Source of the DNA: a virus
IMG/VR virus record: IMGVR_UViG_3300045988_173726
Coordinates: 1-64,000 of that record
Length of the DNA: 64,000 nucleotides
Direction: 5' to 3' (one strand)
Shown here: positions 10,067 through 18,727 of the stretch, piece after piece
How positions within the stretch are numbered: position 1 is the first letter of the stretch
How the letters are laid out: each line of letters opens with the position of its first letter
The notes under the pieces: model-generated
What the model was told of the DNA's origin: nothing
Database searches by the model: none
What the model saw: the letters and a program-made list of their open reading frames with translations, nothing else
Translations under genes and position numbers: made by a program

Positions 10067-11761
10067 ATGTCTGACGCAAAGCGGGTTTATATGGTAGTCG
10101 GAGAGCTGGTAGGAGAGGACGATAAGCACTTAGGGGTGTGCGTTGACGAGATGATTTTAACGCAGAGGAAGCTTGAGTTTTCAGAGAGGAAAGACCTGTC
10201 AGACGAAGAGTTTCGGAAGTTCTTGATAGAGCATGGAAGTGATACGCTTGATTTTTCGGATGGTGCGCTTCGGGTGCGGCTTTCGGAGCTTCCGAAGGTG
10301 ATGCTTGACTCTAGGGGCTATTATCGTTGCAGGAAGCGCGGTGTTCAGCAGTTTATATGGGATTCTGCGGGGATTTTATACTACATAAATGACTCGGGTG
10401 ACTTCTGCACTGTCTCAATTAAGGTCGGGGAGTCGATGCGCAAGGTGTTAAACGCGCCCTGTCGGTTTGTAGAGGGCTTTCCGCGTGTAGGCAAGTTTAT
10501 TAAGACTTTACGGGAAAGCAAGAAGCAGTCAAATGCGAAAGTGGGGGAGAGAAGTCGCAGTAAGTTAACGGGAAGCGATTGTTCGTTAAAAGAGCAGAGA
10601 GTAGTAGACGGAAAATTAGAGTTAGTTGTTAGCGGGTTTAGTGAGTCCCGTAATGGTGTTTGCAAGGTAGATAGTGCTGTTACGATGGTCGATGTTCATT
10701 GGGGAGACATCGTGTACGGTAATGTGCGGGTGCTTGATTTAAGCGCCTGCGCGTGGCTCCATGAGGTAAAGGTGCAGGCTAACGTAACGGGTAGAGACAG
10801 TAAGGTAACGGAGTCGTTTGCTTTGGTTTTGCCGAAAGTAGAGACAGAGGTTTCTGTTTCTTTAGCCGCGAATACGAAGCGTGCTGACTTTAGGCTAGCC
10901 GAGTCTGCGAGGTTTAAGTCCTTGGAGTTATCGAAATGCGAGGTACTAGGGCTTGACGGGGAGAGAAGCATATGGTATGGAAGCTTTTTACACTGCACAG
11001 GTCTTAAGAGTCTTAGATTAGGCAGTGTTACGGGGGGTAATGGAATTTATCTAAATGACTGTGACACAGAAGAGGTAACGCTTAAGGGTTGGAGTGGAGT
11101 AAAGGAGATACGAAACTGCACGAAGCTAAAGAGAGCAGTAATCATGTGCGAGTCGATAGATGTCTCTGATTTGCTTAATCTTGTAAAGGATTGCAGGAGT
11201 TTAGAGCGAGTATACTTGCACATTGGGTATTTAATAGGAGAGGGAGAGTTTTATAATAGGTATAAGGACGCCTTGGCTATTCTAAACTTTGGTTCTTCCA
11301 AGTTAAAGAGTGTTCGGATAGACATTAGAGACGGAATTAGGCTTAAGGATTCACTTTGTGTGATGTATGACAGCAAGGTAGAGTTTAGTAGTAACAGTAA
11401 AGAGTTGGAATCTCATTTTAAGGCAGTGAATTTAAGCACTGAAATGAGAGATTTCGCTACACTCTTAGCGTATTTTCCGCTTAGAGTTATAGATGATAAG
11501 CTAAATTGTTGTATAGAGGTACAGCGCGGGGATTGGATAAGGCTACAAGAGGCAGAAGGTAACAGCGTTTATAGTAGGGAGACTCTTATATTACCAGACA
11601 AAATCGAGCGGGTAGTAGGGTTGTCAGAGTTTTACGGAAGTAAGGATAGCGGTGTAGCCTTAAAGAAGCTTGTGGTTAGGCATCCTGTTGAGATAAGCAA
11701 GACAGTGTATGAGAGTATCGGAGAAATCGAGGGGAAAGAGAATTTAAGAATCGTGGGATAA
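10067..11761 (+). CDS. Array paralog 7 with an extra C-terminal extension
   Basis: 564-aa ORF. Motifs: KLTGSDCS, GVCKVDSAVTMVDV, VRVLDLSACAWLHEVKV, IRNCTKLKRAVI. The last ~120 aa (LILPDKIERVVGLSEFYGSKDSG...) are absent from the siblings. Confidence 0.85.
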   Translation: MSDAKRVYMVVGELVGEDDKHLGVCVDEMILTQRKLEFSERKDLSDEEFRKFLIEHGSDTLDFSDGALRVRLSELPKVMLDSRGYYRCRKRGVQQFIWDSAGILYYINDSGDFCTVSIKVGESMRKVLNAPCRFVEGFPRVGKFIKTLRESKKQSNAKVGERSRSKLTGSDCSLKEQRVVDGKLELVVSGFSESRNGVCKVDSAVTMVDVHWGDIVYGNVRVLDLSACAWLHEVKVQANVTGRDSKVTESFALVLPKVETEVSVSLAANTKRADFRLAESARFKSLELSKCEVLGLDGERSIWYGSFLHCTGLKSLRLGSVTGGNGIYLNDCDTEEVTLKGWSGVKEIRNCTKLKRAVIMCESIDVSDLLNLVKDCRSLERVYLHIGYLIGEGEFYNRYKDALAILNFGSSKLKSVRIDIRDGIRLKDSLCVMYDSKVEFSSNSKELESHFKAVNLSTEMRDFATLLAYFPLRVIDDKLNCCIEVQRGDWIRLQEAEGNSVYSRETLILPDKIERVVGLSEFYGSKDSGVALKKLVVRHPVEISKTVYESIGEIEGKENLRIVG

Positions 11762-11812
11762 GGCTGTTTCTTTAGCAAAGATATAGACAGTGAGTAGAGC
11801 AATGTGTTAAAA

Positions 11813-11865
11813 TAGAGCCGATGTGGAGAGGTAGCAAGTTTCCTGTCGGCTCTAGTCGTTTATTT
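11813..11865 (+). terminator. Hairpin plus T-rich tract ending the first array operon
   Basis: TAGAGCCGA (11813-11821) pairs with TCGGCTCTA (11846-11854) around a 24-nt loop, followed by GTCGTTTATTT. Confidence 0.45.
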
Positions 11866-12034
11866 GGGGGTCGTGGAGACAGGGGCAGTCGGGCTTCTCA
11901 AAAAGCGCAGAAAAATTTCGGTGAAAATTAGGGTTAATACCAGTTGGTAAAAACTAGTAAGACCTATAGCAAAATTTTTAAGCACCTAGTGGTAGCTTTT
12001 GTACTTTAGAAACAAAAATTAGGCTCGTGAAGGG
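11855..12034 (+). repeat. Conserved intergenic module, member A
   Basis: GTCGTTTATTTGGGGGTCGTGG, then GCGCAGAAAAATTTCGG, AAAATTAGGG, an A/T-rich middle, and TTGTAC-N17-GGCTCGTG. It shares the exact 13-mer TTTGGGGGTCGTG (11863-11875) with 28628-28640 and further blocks with members B, C and D. Confidence 0.6.
11999..12029 (+). promoter_or_regulatory. TTGTAC-N17-GGCTCGTG box (twin of 52463-52493)
   Basis: TTGTAC (11999-12004), a 17-nt A-rich spacer, then GGCTCGTG (12022-12029). 26 of 31 positions are identical to the box at 52463-52493, with identical spacing. It ends 5 nt before the 12035 ORF. Confidence 0.4.
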
Positions 12035-13021
12035 TTGGTAGGTCGGAGGCTATTAAATAGTGCTAGAATAAGAATCGGGTTGGGCAGGGGGGAAGAAGTG
12101 ATAGAGGACAAGTCTTTTAAGCAGAGTGTCGAGTATGCCCGAGGTAAGTTTACGGGGATGGATTGCGGAGTTTACGATGAGAGGGGAACGAGCCTTTCTG
12201 TAATCGGTCTTGAGCGGTCGGTAACAGGAGTTTATGTGCTTCCGAGTGCCGTGACGGGAGTTTTTCTTAACAGGGAGGCTATAGCGAAGAGTGGTATTAA
12301 GGTGCTGTCGCTTGAGAATTGTAGTAATCTTCGTAAGTTTGAGATACAAAACCCAACAAATCCTATGGTAGAGAGTCCGCTTTGGGAGCTGACGCTTGTT
12401 TTACCAAAGGAAGCGCCATGTCTAAGTAAGGTGGCAGTTAACTTAATATGTCATAAGTTCCGTTTAATTGGGGAATGCAATGGGATTGATTTGTCGCTCT
12501 ATTTGTGCAGTGAGTTAGAAATAAACAAGTCTGTTATGGACAATGCAAAGTCTCTATACTTCTCAAGTTGTAGCGGCATCGCGCGTATTTGTTTACCTGA
12601 AACTAACATAGCTGATTCGGTTTATCTGGTAAACACTGCTACTGAGCATCTTTCCTGTCATTTACGCAGTAATGGGCTAGGGATTACAAACTGTTGTAAG
12701 CTAAAGGTTATGTCAGTGTGGTTTGAGCGACTTGACGCACACTTGTTTTCGGGCTATACGCGCCGTAGAATTATTAGCTTAGAGGAGATTCATATAAAGG
12801 TTTCGAGGTTGTTCTTTTCAGAGATATGCCTTAGTCATGAGCGAGTAATAGATTTCTCATATGTTTCAAGAGTTCTTAAAACGATTAGTTTTACGACAGC
12901 GGATGGGTTTCGGGCAAGCAACTTCGATTCTGATAAGAGGTATAAGCTAATCGTGCCTAGTAAAGCGGAGTTTACAATGAGCAATGAGCTAGAGCCTTAT
13001 TTTGAGGTGGTTAGAAAGTAG
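12035..13021 (+). CDS. Array paralog 8, naturally lacking the N-terminal module (start codon uncertain)
   Basis: 328-aa ORF. KFTGMDC is already at about residue 38, followed by GVYVLPSAVTGVFL, IKVLSLENCSNLRKFEI and C-terminal LIVPSKAEFTMSNELEPYFEVVRK. The TTG start is taken from the track and there is no clear RBS. Confidence 0.7.
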   Translation: MVGRRLLNSARIRIGLGRGEEVIEDKSFKQSVEYARGKFTGMDCGVYDERGTSLSVIGLERSVTGVYVLPSAVTGVFLNREAIAKSGIKVLSLENCSNLRKFEIQNPTNPMVESPLWELTLVLPKEAPCLSKVAVNLICHKFRLIGECNGIDLSLYLCSELEINKSVMDNAKSLYFSSCSGIARICLPETNIADSVYLVNTATEHLSCHLRSNGLGITNCCKLKVMSVWFERLDAHLFSGYTRRRIISLEEIHIKVSRLFFSEICLSHERVIDFSYVSRVLKTISFTTADGFRASNFDSDKRYKLIVPSKAEFTMSNELEPYFEVVRK

Positions 13022-13023
13022 GG
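12986..13023 (+). repeat. 38-nt near-identical direct repeat at paralog 3' ends (partner 14455-14492)
   Basis: GAGCTAGAGCCTTATTTTGAGGTGGTTAGAAAGTAGGG versus GAGCTAGAGCGGTATTTTGAGGTGGTTAGAAAGTAGGG is 36/38 identical, while the gene bodies are strongly diverged. Confidence 0.8.
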
Positions 13024-13026
13024 GAC

Positions 13027-14490
13027 ATGAAGGCACATGAGTTTATCGCGTGTCCGCGTGAGCGGTATAAGCAAGGAGATACTGACAGAGACGGCTTTAG
13101 TTATATAAATGGTGTAGTCAGTAACGAGCAGGGGGAGACTCGGTATTGGGTTACTGAGTGCTATCGTGGCGGGCTACAAAGCGGGAGTGTAGCGCCTATC
13201 TCGTACATGTTTAGTGTAGATGAGCTTTCAGCGTATGTTATAGAGGTTGGTTCGCGGATGGTTGACTATAGTTTTCGCGCGAATTTCGAGCCTTCTAAGG
13301 ACGGTTATTACCTTCGTGATTATACTGATATTAAAGGCAGGATTCCTGTTTATGAGGAGCGCGGTGGTGAGCTTATACTAAAGAAAGAGGGTAGCCCTCG
13401 TAGAGTAACGTATGGTGATAGAAAGACATTTCTTTGCATTGACTCATTAGGTGAGATTAAGGAAGTGCCGAAAGTGGAGTTGAACAAGATTGGTGGCGAG
13501 TTTAACTCTTGTAAATTGAAATCAGCTAGTCAATATGACATACTGTGGGAGTTAGATTTACTTGCCTTTCGTGACAGCGATGAGTTTAAGCTTGCAGAGG
13601 CTAGAAACAAACTAACTGGGGCAGACTGCGCAGAGTATTACGATGAGCAATCTGATATTGCTGGTGGTCTTTCTGTGGTTGGCTTTGGCAGGAGTGCCAC
13701 AGGAGTTTGCCGTGTATCTGGGGCTACAACTAGAGTTAATTGTAGCGATGAGAGTTTTAGCAAGAGTGGCGTTGAGGTATTGTCACTGGAGGATTGCAAG
13801 TATATTAAATCTTTTGCTATTAAGCATAAGGATGGGGTTAGATTGAAACGGCTTTCAGTGATATTTCCAAATAATCCAATCAAATTTCCTTATTTTTTAA
13901 TAATTAGATTTAATTATATCGAGGAAGTGAAGTTAATTGGTGAGTTACCTAACCTTAGCTTAGATATGTCAAATAATAGGCTTAACATCAGTGACTATAT
14001 TATGCAGAATGCGCACAGTTTAAGATTTAACGGTTGCAGTGGGATTCCAAAGGTAACCTGTAGTCCGTTTGTTCTCAAGCTTTGCGACACAGATACCGAG
14101 TATGTATCTTGTTCTTTACGACATACTAAAGGAAGCCCGTTTAGTTATGCTTATATTAAGGGTTGTAATTCGTTAAGGTATGTAAGAATTGACTACAGCA
14201 GGTTTTCCATTAGAGAATTTAATGCCTCTATCCAAGATTGTCCTTGTTTAGAGGAGTTATGTGTCACAATGAAAGAGATTTATCTGCACTATCATGAAAC
14301 AGATAGTCGCGTGATTGACTTGCTTGCTTCATTTCCGAAGCTTAAGAAGATAATTTTTTCAGCGCCTTGGCTCTTTAATGTGATAGATGAGCGTTACGCA
14401 CTGGGTACGTGGAAGTTAATTGTGCCAACCGAGGCAGAGGTTATGCTTAGTGGGGAGCTAGAGCGGTATTTTGAGGTGGTTAGAAAGTAG
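13027..14490 (+). CDS. Array paralog 9
   Basis: 487-aa ORF. Motifs: KLTGADC, GVCRVSGATTRVNC, VEVLSLEDCKYIKSFAI, IKGCNSLRYVRI, LIVPTEAEVMLSGELERYFEVVRK. Confidence 0.85.
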   Translation: MKAHEFIACPRERYKQGDTDRDGFSYINGVVSNEQGETRYWVTECYRGGLQSGSVAPISYMFSVDELSAYVIEVGSRMVDYSFRANFEPSKDGYYLRDYTDIKGRIPVYEERGGELILKKEGSPRRVTYGDRKTFLCIDSLGEIKEVPKVELNKIGGEFNSCKLKSASQYDILWELDLLAFRDSDEFKLAEARNKLTGADCAEYYDEQSDIAGGLSVVGFGRSATGVCRVSGATTRVNCSDESFSKSGVEVLSLEDCKYIKSFAIKHKDGVRLKRLSVIFPNNPIKFPYFLIIRFNYIEEVKLIGELPNLSLDMSNNRLNISDYIMQNAHSLRFNGCSGIPKVTCSPFVLKLCDTDTEYVSCSLRHTKGSPFSYAYIKGCNSLRYVRIDYSRFSIREFNASIQDCPCLEELCVTMKEIYLHYHETDSRVIDLLASFPKLKKIIFSAPWLFNVIDERYALGTWKLIVPTEAEVMLSGELERYFEVVRK

Positions 14491-14492
14491 GG
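14455..14492 (+). repeat. Partner of the 38-nt repeat at 12986-13023
   Basis: See 12986-13023. Confidence 0.8.
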
Positions 14493-14498
14493 AACGGT

Positions 14499-15950
14499 AT
14501 GCCAAAGTTTATCGAGGGGAAAGCGCCGCTAGTGATTAGGAAAAAGCGGGTTGGAAGAGAGGCGGCTGGAGTTTACTTTGTCATAAAGGGTATCGTCGTA
14601 GACTGTGCAGGGGAGATAGTAGAATATCTTGTGACTCGGTTTCGGATAGACAATACTAATAGGTTAGCCGAGACAGAGAGTAGGACTGACGAATACAGTG
14701 AAGAAGAGTTTATAACGCTGGTTTCAGAGTTCGGGCATTTGTTTGCGGATTACAGGCTTGATGGAAATGAATATAAGCTTCGGTATACAGAGTTTCCAGT
14801 TTATCAGATGTTTGATGGTGCAGTAAGAGAATTGAAGTTGTTCAAATATAGTAAAGAGAGATTCTTAGCTTGTCTTGCAGATGACGAAATACTATTTGTA
14901 GATAGCATGGGTGAACTTATGCGCGGAAGTGTGTCGACTCTTTTAAGTGTCAGCATTTCACCTTCGGAAATGTTGGTTGGTAGCCTTGGAAAAAGGGTTG
15001 ACCGTAGGTATTTTACATTTGTTCGCGATTATAGGAAAAGCGATGCTTATATAAAGGAGTCAGCTAGGCGTAGGATGGTTGGTGATAGCTGTTGTTGTCT
15101 CATTCCGAGCAGTGAGCAGTTTTCGTTGTCGTATGTTGCAAGGCTAAAGGGAGTTAGTCATACAGGGGTATGCAGTGTTCCGTCTCTTGCGACCGTGTTC
15201 TACTGTTTTGGCAATGATTTAGATGAGAGCGGGGTTAAAGTAATTTCGTTTGAGAAATGCCTAGGGCTACGGAATATTAATATGAAATGCGGCAATGATT
15301 TTAGGGATAGAATAGCCGTAGTTTTGCCAAGCAGGAGTTTGTTTGGCGCTCCAAAAGTTTATATTGGGGCGTGTTGCAAAGAGTTTAGACTGGATGGATA
15401 TTGTAAACGGATTGAGCTATCTCTAACTAGGGTAGAGCATTTTGAGATAGACCCGAAGAGTTTATCTAACGCAAAGCAAGTGTATTTTGCGGTATGCAGG
15501 GGATTAAAGTCTTTGACCTTTAATAGAATAAGTGGCGTAATGCTGTACGATACAGACACAGAAGAAATTTTCTGTCGTGTTCCACTCGGAGTAAACGGGT
15601 TTCATAGAGGGATTAGGATAGAGAAATGTCTAGCGTTAAAACTCGTGAGGTTAAGTTCGGATAAGTTTAATCCAAGTGTGGTTGGAGGAATTTTTAAGGA
15701 GTGTGATAACTTGGAGGAGCTTTCTATCGAGGCTGACAGTTTGGTTCGTGACAGTTTGGTTATAGACCTTTGTAGCATCTCAAAGAAGTTGAAGCGATTT
15801 AGCCTAACACTTACTTCTAGGTTTAGCCGCGATAAAGCTATTTTAGGTGGCGCAGAGGGATGCGAGATTATTGCGCCTAGGGGAGCGGAGGTTAAGTTAG
15901 AGGGGAACGGAGTAGATTTAAGTAAGTATTTTACGGTGACATATAAGTGA
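14499..15950 (+). CDS. Array paralog 10
   Basis: 483-aa ORF. Motifs: MVGDSCCC, GVCSVPSLATVFYC, VKVISFEKCLGLRNINM, IEKCLALKLVRL, IIAPRGAEVKLEGNGVDLSKYFTVTYK. Confidence 0.85.
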   Translation: MPKFIEGKAPLVIRKKRVGREAAGVYFVIKGIVVDCAGEIVEYLVTRFRIDNTNRLAETESRTDEYSEEEFITLVSEFGHLFADYRLDGNEYKLRYTEFPVYQMFDGAVRELKLFKYSKERFLACLADDEILFVDSMGELMRGSVSTLLSVSISPSEMLVGSLGKRVDRRYFTFVRDYRKSDAYIKESARRRMVGDSCCCLIPSSEQFSLSYVARLKGVSHTGVCSVPSLATVFYCFGNDLDESGVKVISFEKCLGLRNINMKCGNDFRDRIAVVLPSRSLFGAPKVYIGACCKEFRLDGYCKRIELSLTRVEHFEIDPKSLSNAKQVYFAVCRGLKSLTFNRISGVMLYDTDTEEIFCRVPLGVNGFHRGIRIEKCLALKLVRLSSDKFNPSVVGGIFKECDNLEELSIEADSLVRDSLVIDLCSISKKLKRFSLTLTSRFSRDKAILGGAEGCEIIAPRGAEVKLEGNGVDLSKYFTVTYK

Positions 15951-15994
15951 AGTATACCCAGTTAGGCTAGTAAAATTATGACAGGAGGGGAAGT

Positions 15995-16795
15995 ATGTAT
16001 AACATCGAGGTTCGGCACAGGTTTCGTGTTTATGACAGATTACTTGATAGTTATTCTCCGTATTTTAGTACACGGGTGGAAGCGCTAAACTTTGCCGCAA
16101 CGCTAATACGGCTAGACCCTCGGTATCGTCATCGGGTAAATCCCGCAGATTTAATCTTTGGCGGTTCTGGCGTGTCAAAGTATCGGTTTAAGCGGTATGA
16201 GATTACGAGTAAAGGTTTATCGCTTGAGGAGCATTGTTACGAAAAGCGTTGTCATATCGAGCGTGACGGTGTTATAATGTCTGTAGAGTCGATACTGAAA
16301 GGTTTCCGTTACGACTGGTATCGACAGGCGTTTATTCCGTACAAGGAGAGACGGCGTAGCCTTCCCTATGGGGCGGCAGTCCCGAAGTTAAGGAAGCGGG
16401 GCGGTCATTACGGTAGGCGCATACGCTATAAGGGAACTCTGGTAGCTCTTGATTGTGACGTATGCCGTGAGTATGTGGTAAAAACGCGGGTACGGACTCG
16501 GCGGGATGCATGGGATTTAGAGTCGGTCGCGGATATGTCACGGAGCTGGAAAGATAACGTGCGTTGTAAAAAGAGTTATCTAAAGCATAAGGGTCATAAA
16601 GACGGCATAGCGGTCGGAAAGCACGGCAAGGTAGTGACTATACGGCGTTACGGAGCGTATAACATGGCGTTTACAGATATTTGGGAAGCCTATGTCGTGT
16701 TTGACGAAAGCCCCATGAGGAATCAATATATGAGGCGGTTTCGCAGGAAAGAGAAGCAGAGGCAGAAGTTACGGAGACAGATGAGGGAAGAGTAA
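15995..16795 (+). CDS. Hypothetical Arg/Lys-rich protein
   Basis: 266-aa ORF with RBS GGAGGGG upstream. It has a basic C-terminal tail RRFRRKEKQRQKLRRQMREE. I recognise no family. Confidence 0.6.
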   Translation: MYNIEVRHRFRVYDRLLDSYSPYFSTRVEALNFAATLIRLDPRYRHRVNPADLIFGGSGVSKYRFKRYEITSKGLSLEEHCYEKRCHIERDGVIMSVESILKGFRYDWYRQAFIPYKERRRSLPYGAAVPKLRKRGGHYGRRIRYKGTLVALDCDVCREYVVKTRVRTRRDAWDLESVADMSRSWKDNVRCKKSYLKHKGHKDGIAVGKHGKVVTIRRYGAYNMAFTDIWEAYVVFDESPMRNQYMRRFRRKEKQRQKLRRQMREE

Positions 16796-17370
16796 TGTCG
16801 GGAAAATTGTTTATTTTAACGGGAAAGTCATCTACGGGAAAAGATACGCTGTTAAATCAGCTTGTGACGAGCGGTAATAATATCGCTCGTCTTGTTCCGT
16901 ATACGACCCGTCCGAAGCGGGACGGTGAGGAAGAGGGCAGGGAATATCATTTTGTGAAGAGCATAAAGGGCATTCACGGGGCGATAGACGTGAGGACTTA
17001 TCACACAATCGAGGGGGATTGGAGCTACGCAGTGGCGGTGAGTGCGGTTGACTTAGAGGACGGTCATAAGATAGTGATAGGGACGCTTGAGACAGTGGTT
17101 CGTGCGAGAGAGGTTTTAGGGAATGCACGGGTCGTTCCGATTTATCTGGAGGTATCGGATAGAGTTCGCTTAGTCCGTGCTATTTCTAGGGAAGAGCTGT
17201 TGAGTAAACCAAATTACTACGAGGTTTGCAGGAGGTTTCTTGACGAGAAGGACGCATACTCGGATGACAAGCTGATTATGAGTGGAATCATGCGAAAGCA
17301 TAGGTTCTATAACGATAATCTTGCAAGCACGCTACACGAGGTAGAGAGGTTTATCAAAGAAAATGGGTAA
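16795..17370 (+). CDS. Guanylate kinase-like (nucleoside monophosphate kinase) protein
   Basis: P-loop GKSSTGKDTL and the guanylate-kinase signature PYTTRPKRDGEEEGREYHFV. The start overlaps the upstream stop (TAATG). Confidence 0.7.
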   Translation: MSGKLFILTGKSSTGKDTLLNQLVTSGNNIARLVPYTTRPKRDGEEEGREYHFVKSIKGIHGAIDVRTYHTIEGDWSYAVAVSAVDLEDGHKIVIGTLETVVRAREVLGNARVVPIYLEVSDRVRLVRAISREELLSKPNYYEVCRRFLDEKDAYSDDKLIMSGIMRKHRFYNDNLASTLHEVERFIKENG

Positions 17371-18724
17371 GGCAGTAGAGTTAGAGGATTTTGTAGCGCT
17401 TACAAACGACCAAGCTAGCTGTTTAAGTGCGTTAAAGAGTGGGACAAACGCACTTGTAACGGGAAGTGCGGGGACGGGTAAGAGCTTTGTAATCAGTGAG
17501 TTTATACGGTGGTGTGGTAGCACGGGAAAGAATGTGATGGTGACAGCGCCGACAGGAATTGCGGCGTTAAATATCGGTGGAACAACTTTGCACCGTGCAT
17601 TTCGCGTGCCGCTTGAGGTGCTGAATCTTGATTATCCGACTCTTAGTGCTGTCTTTAACGGGTGTGATGAGATAGTGCGAAGCCTTCCGAGGAATGGAGG
17701 GGAGCGGGAGGAGAGTGCGCTTCTTCATACAGACGTGCTTATCATTGATGAGATAAGTATGTGCCGTATCGACCTGTTTGATTATATTGCGGTTCGGGTG
17801 CTTGCGCTTAATTTTTATCGGCAGAGAGTTGGGAAGCAGGCGATACAAGTCGTTTTGGTAGGGGATTTCTTGCAGTTGCCACCTGTAGTTCTGCCGAGGG
17901 ACAAAGAGGTGCTAAATCATATTTACGGTGGAGATTGCGGGAAAGGTTATGCGTTTCAGTCACGGTTTTACGGGGAGTTTGGGTTTAAGTGCTTAACGCT
18001 TCGAGAGGTTGTGCGGCAAAAGGACGCAGAGTTTAGCAGGAAGTTGCGGGATGCTCGGGTCGGGTTTACCGCTTCTTTGCAGTATTTTGCGGATAAGCAG
18101 TCAAGTGATGTTATAAAGGGCGGTATTACGCTTACGGGAAAGAATAATACAGCGTTTGAGTATAACAGTCGCGAGCTTGCAAAGATAAAGGGTAAAGAGG
18201 TCGTGTATACGGCGCGTGAGACGGGGACAGTGAAGCAGAGTGACAAGGCAAATACGGACACAGTTTCGCTAAAGGTCGGGGCGCGTGTTATGTCGCTTGT
18301 GAATGGGGATAAGTATAGTAACGGTTCGCTCGGGACGGTAATCGGAATCAAAGATAATACGAATCGGACAGTCGTTGTAGAGTTTGACAGCGGGGAGAGT
18401 GCAGAAATCGAGCCGTATGACTGGGAAGTTTATTCGTATGAGTACGACAAAGAAGAGAAAGCATTTAAGAAAATCGTGGTCGGAACATTTACGCAGATAC
18501 CGCTAAAGTTAGGCTACGCGATTACGATTCATAAGAGCCAAGGTCAGACATATGACAGTGTAAACATTGACCCTGTGTGCTGGGAGTATGGACAGCTATA
18601 TACAGCACTTTCTCGGTGTAAGAGCGTGGATAAGATGCACTTTTTATCTCCGCTAAAGTATTATTACTTAAAAGCCGCTCCAGAGGTAGTGAAGTATTAT
18701 CTAAGCTTTCGTGAAAAGGGGTAA
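17363..18724 (+). CDS. Pif1/RecD-family (SF1B) DNA helicase
   Basis: Motifs: GSAGTGKSF (Walker A), APTGIAALNIGGTTLHRAF, LIIDEISM (Walker B), VGDFLQLPPV, YAITIHKSQGQTYD. Confidence 0.85.
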   Translation: MGKAVELEDFVALTNDQASCLSALKSGTNALVTGSAGTGKSFVISEFIRWCGSTGKNVMVTAPTGIAALNIGGTTLHRAFRVPLEVLNLDYPTLSAVFNGCDEIVRSLPRNGGEREESALLHTDVLIIDEISMCRIDLFDYIAVRVLALNFYRQRVGKQAIQVVLVGDFLQLPPVVLPRDKEVLNHIYGGDCGKGYAFQSRFYGEFGFKCLTLREVVRQKDAEFSRKLRDARVGFTASLQYFADKQSSDVIKGGITLTGKNNTAFEYNSRELAKIKGKEVVYTARETGTVKQSDKANTDTVSLKVGARVMSLVNGDKYSNGSLGTVIGIKDNTNRTVVVEFDSGESAEIEPYDWEVYSYEYDKEEKAFKKIVVGTFTQIPLKLGYAITIHKSQGQTYDSVNIDPVCWEYGQLYTALSRCKSVDKMHFLSPLKYYYLKAAPEVVKYYLSFREKG

Positions 18725-18727
18725 GTA

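Noticed and set aside
9449-10129. Long minus-strand ORFs. Examples are 9449-10129, 19323-19886, 28576-29211, 50785-51255, 39803-40219 and 56858-57256, and the same applies to all other minus-strand entries in the track.
   Set aside because: Each is antisense to a + strand gene that has motifs, an RBS and operon context. Their products are S/L/P/R-rich low-complexity strings without starts preceded by an RBS. I treat them as shadow ORFs.
13643-13846. Internal out-of-frame + strand ORFs (13643-13846, 25252-25494, 45427-45612, 54621-54854, 60474-60656).
   Set aside because: All lie inside longer, motif-supported genes in another frame, and their products are Arg/Leu-rich frame artefacts.
1-15950. 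Diversity-generating retroelement acting on the LRR array.
   Set aside because: No reverse transcriptase gene is present. No template/variable repeat pair with adenine-specific differences is visible. The only near-identical nucleotide repeat is the 38-nt gene end.
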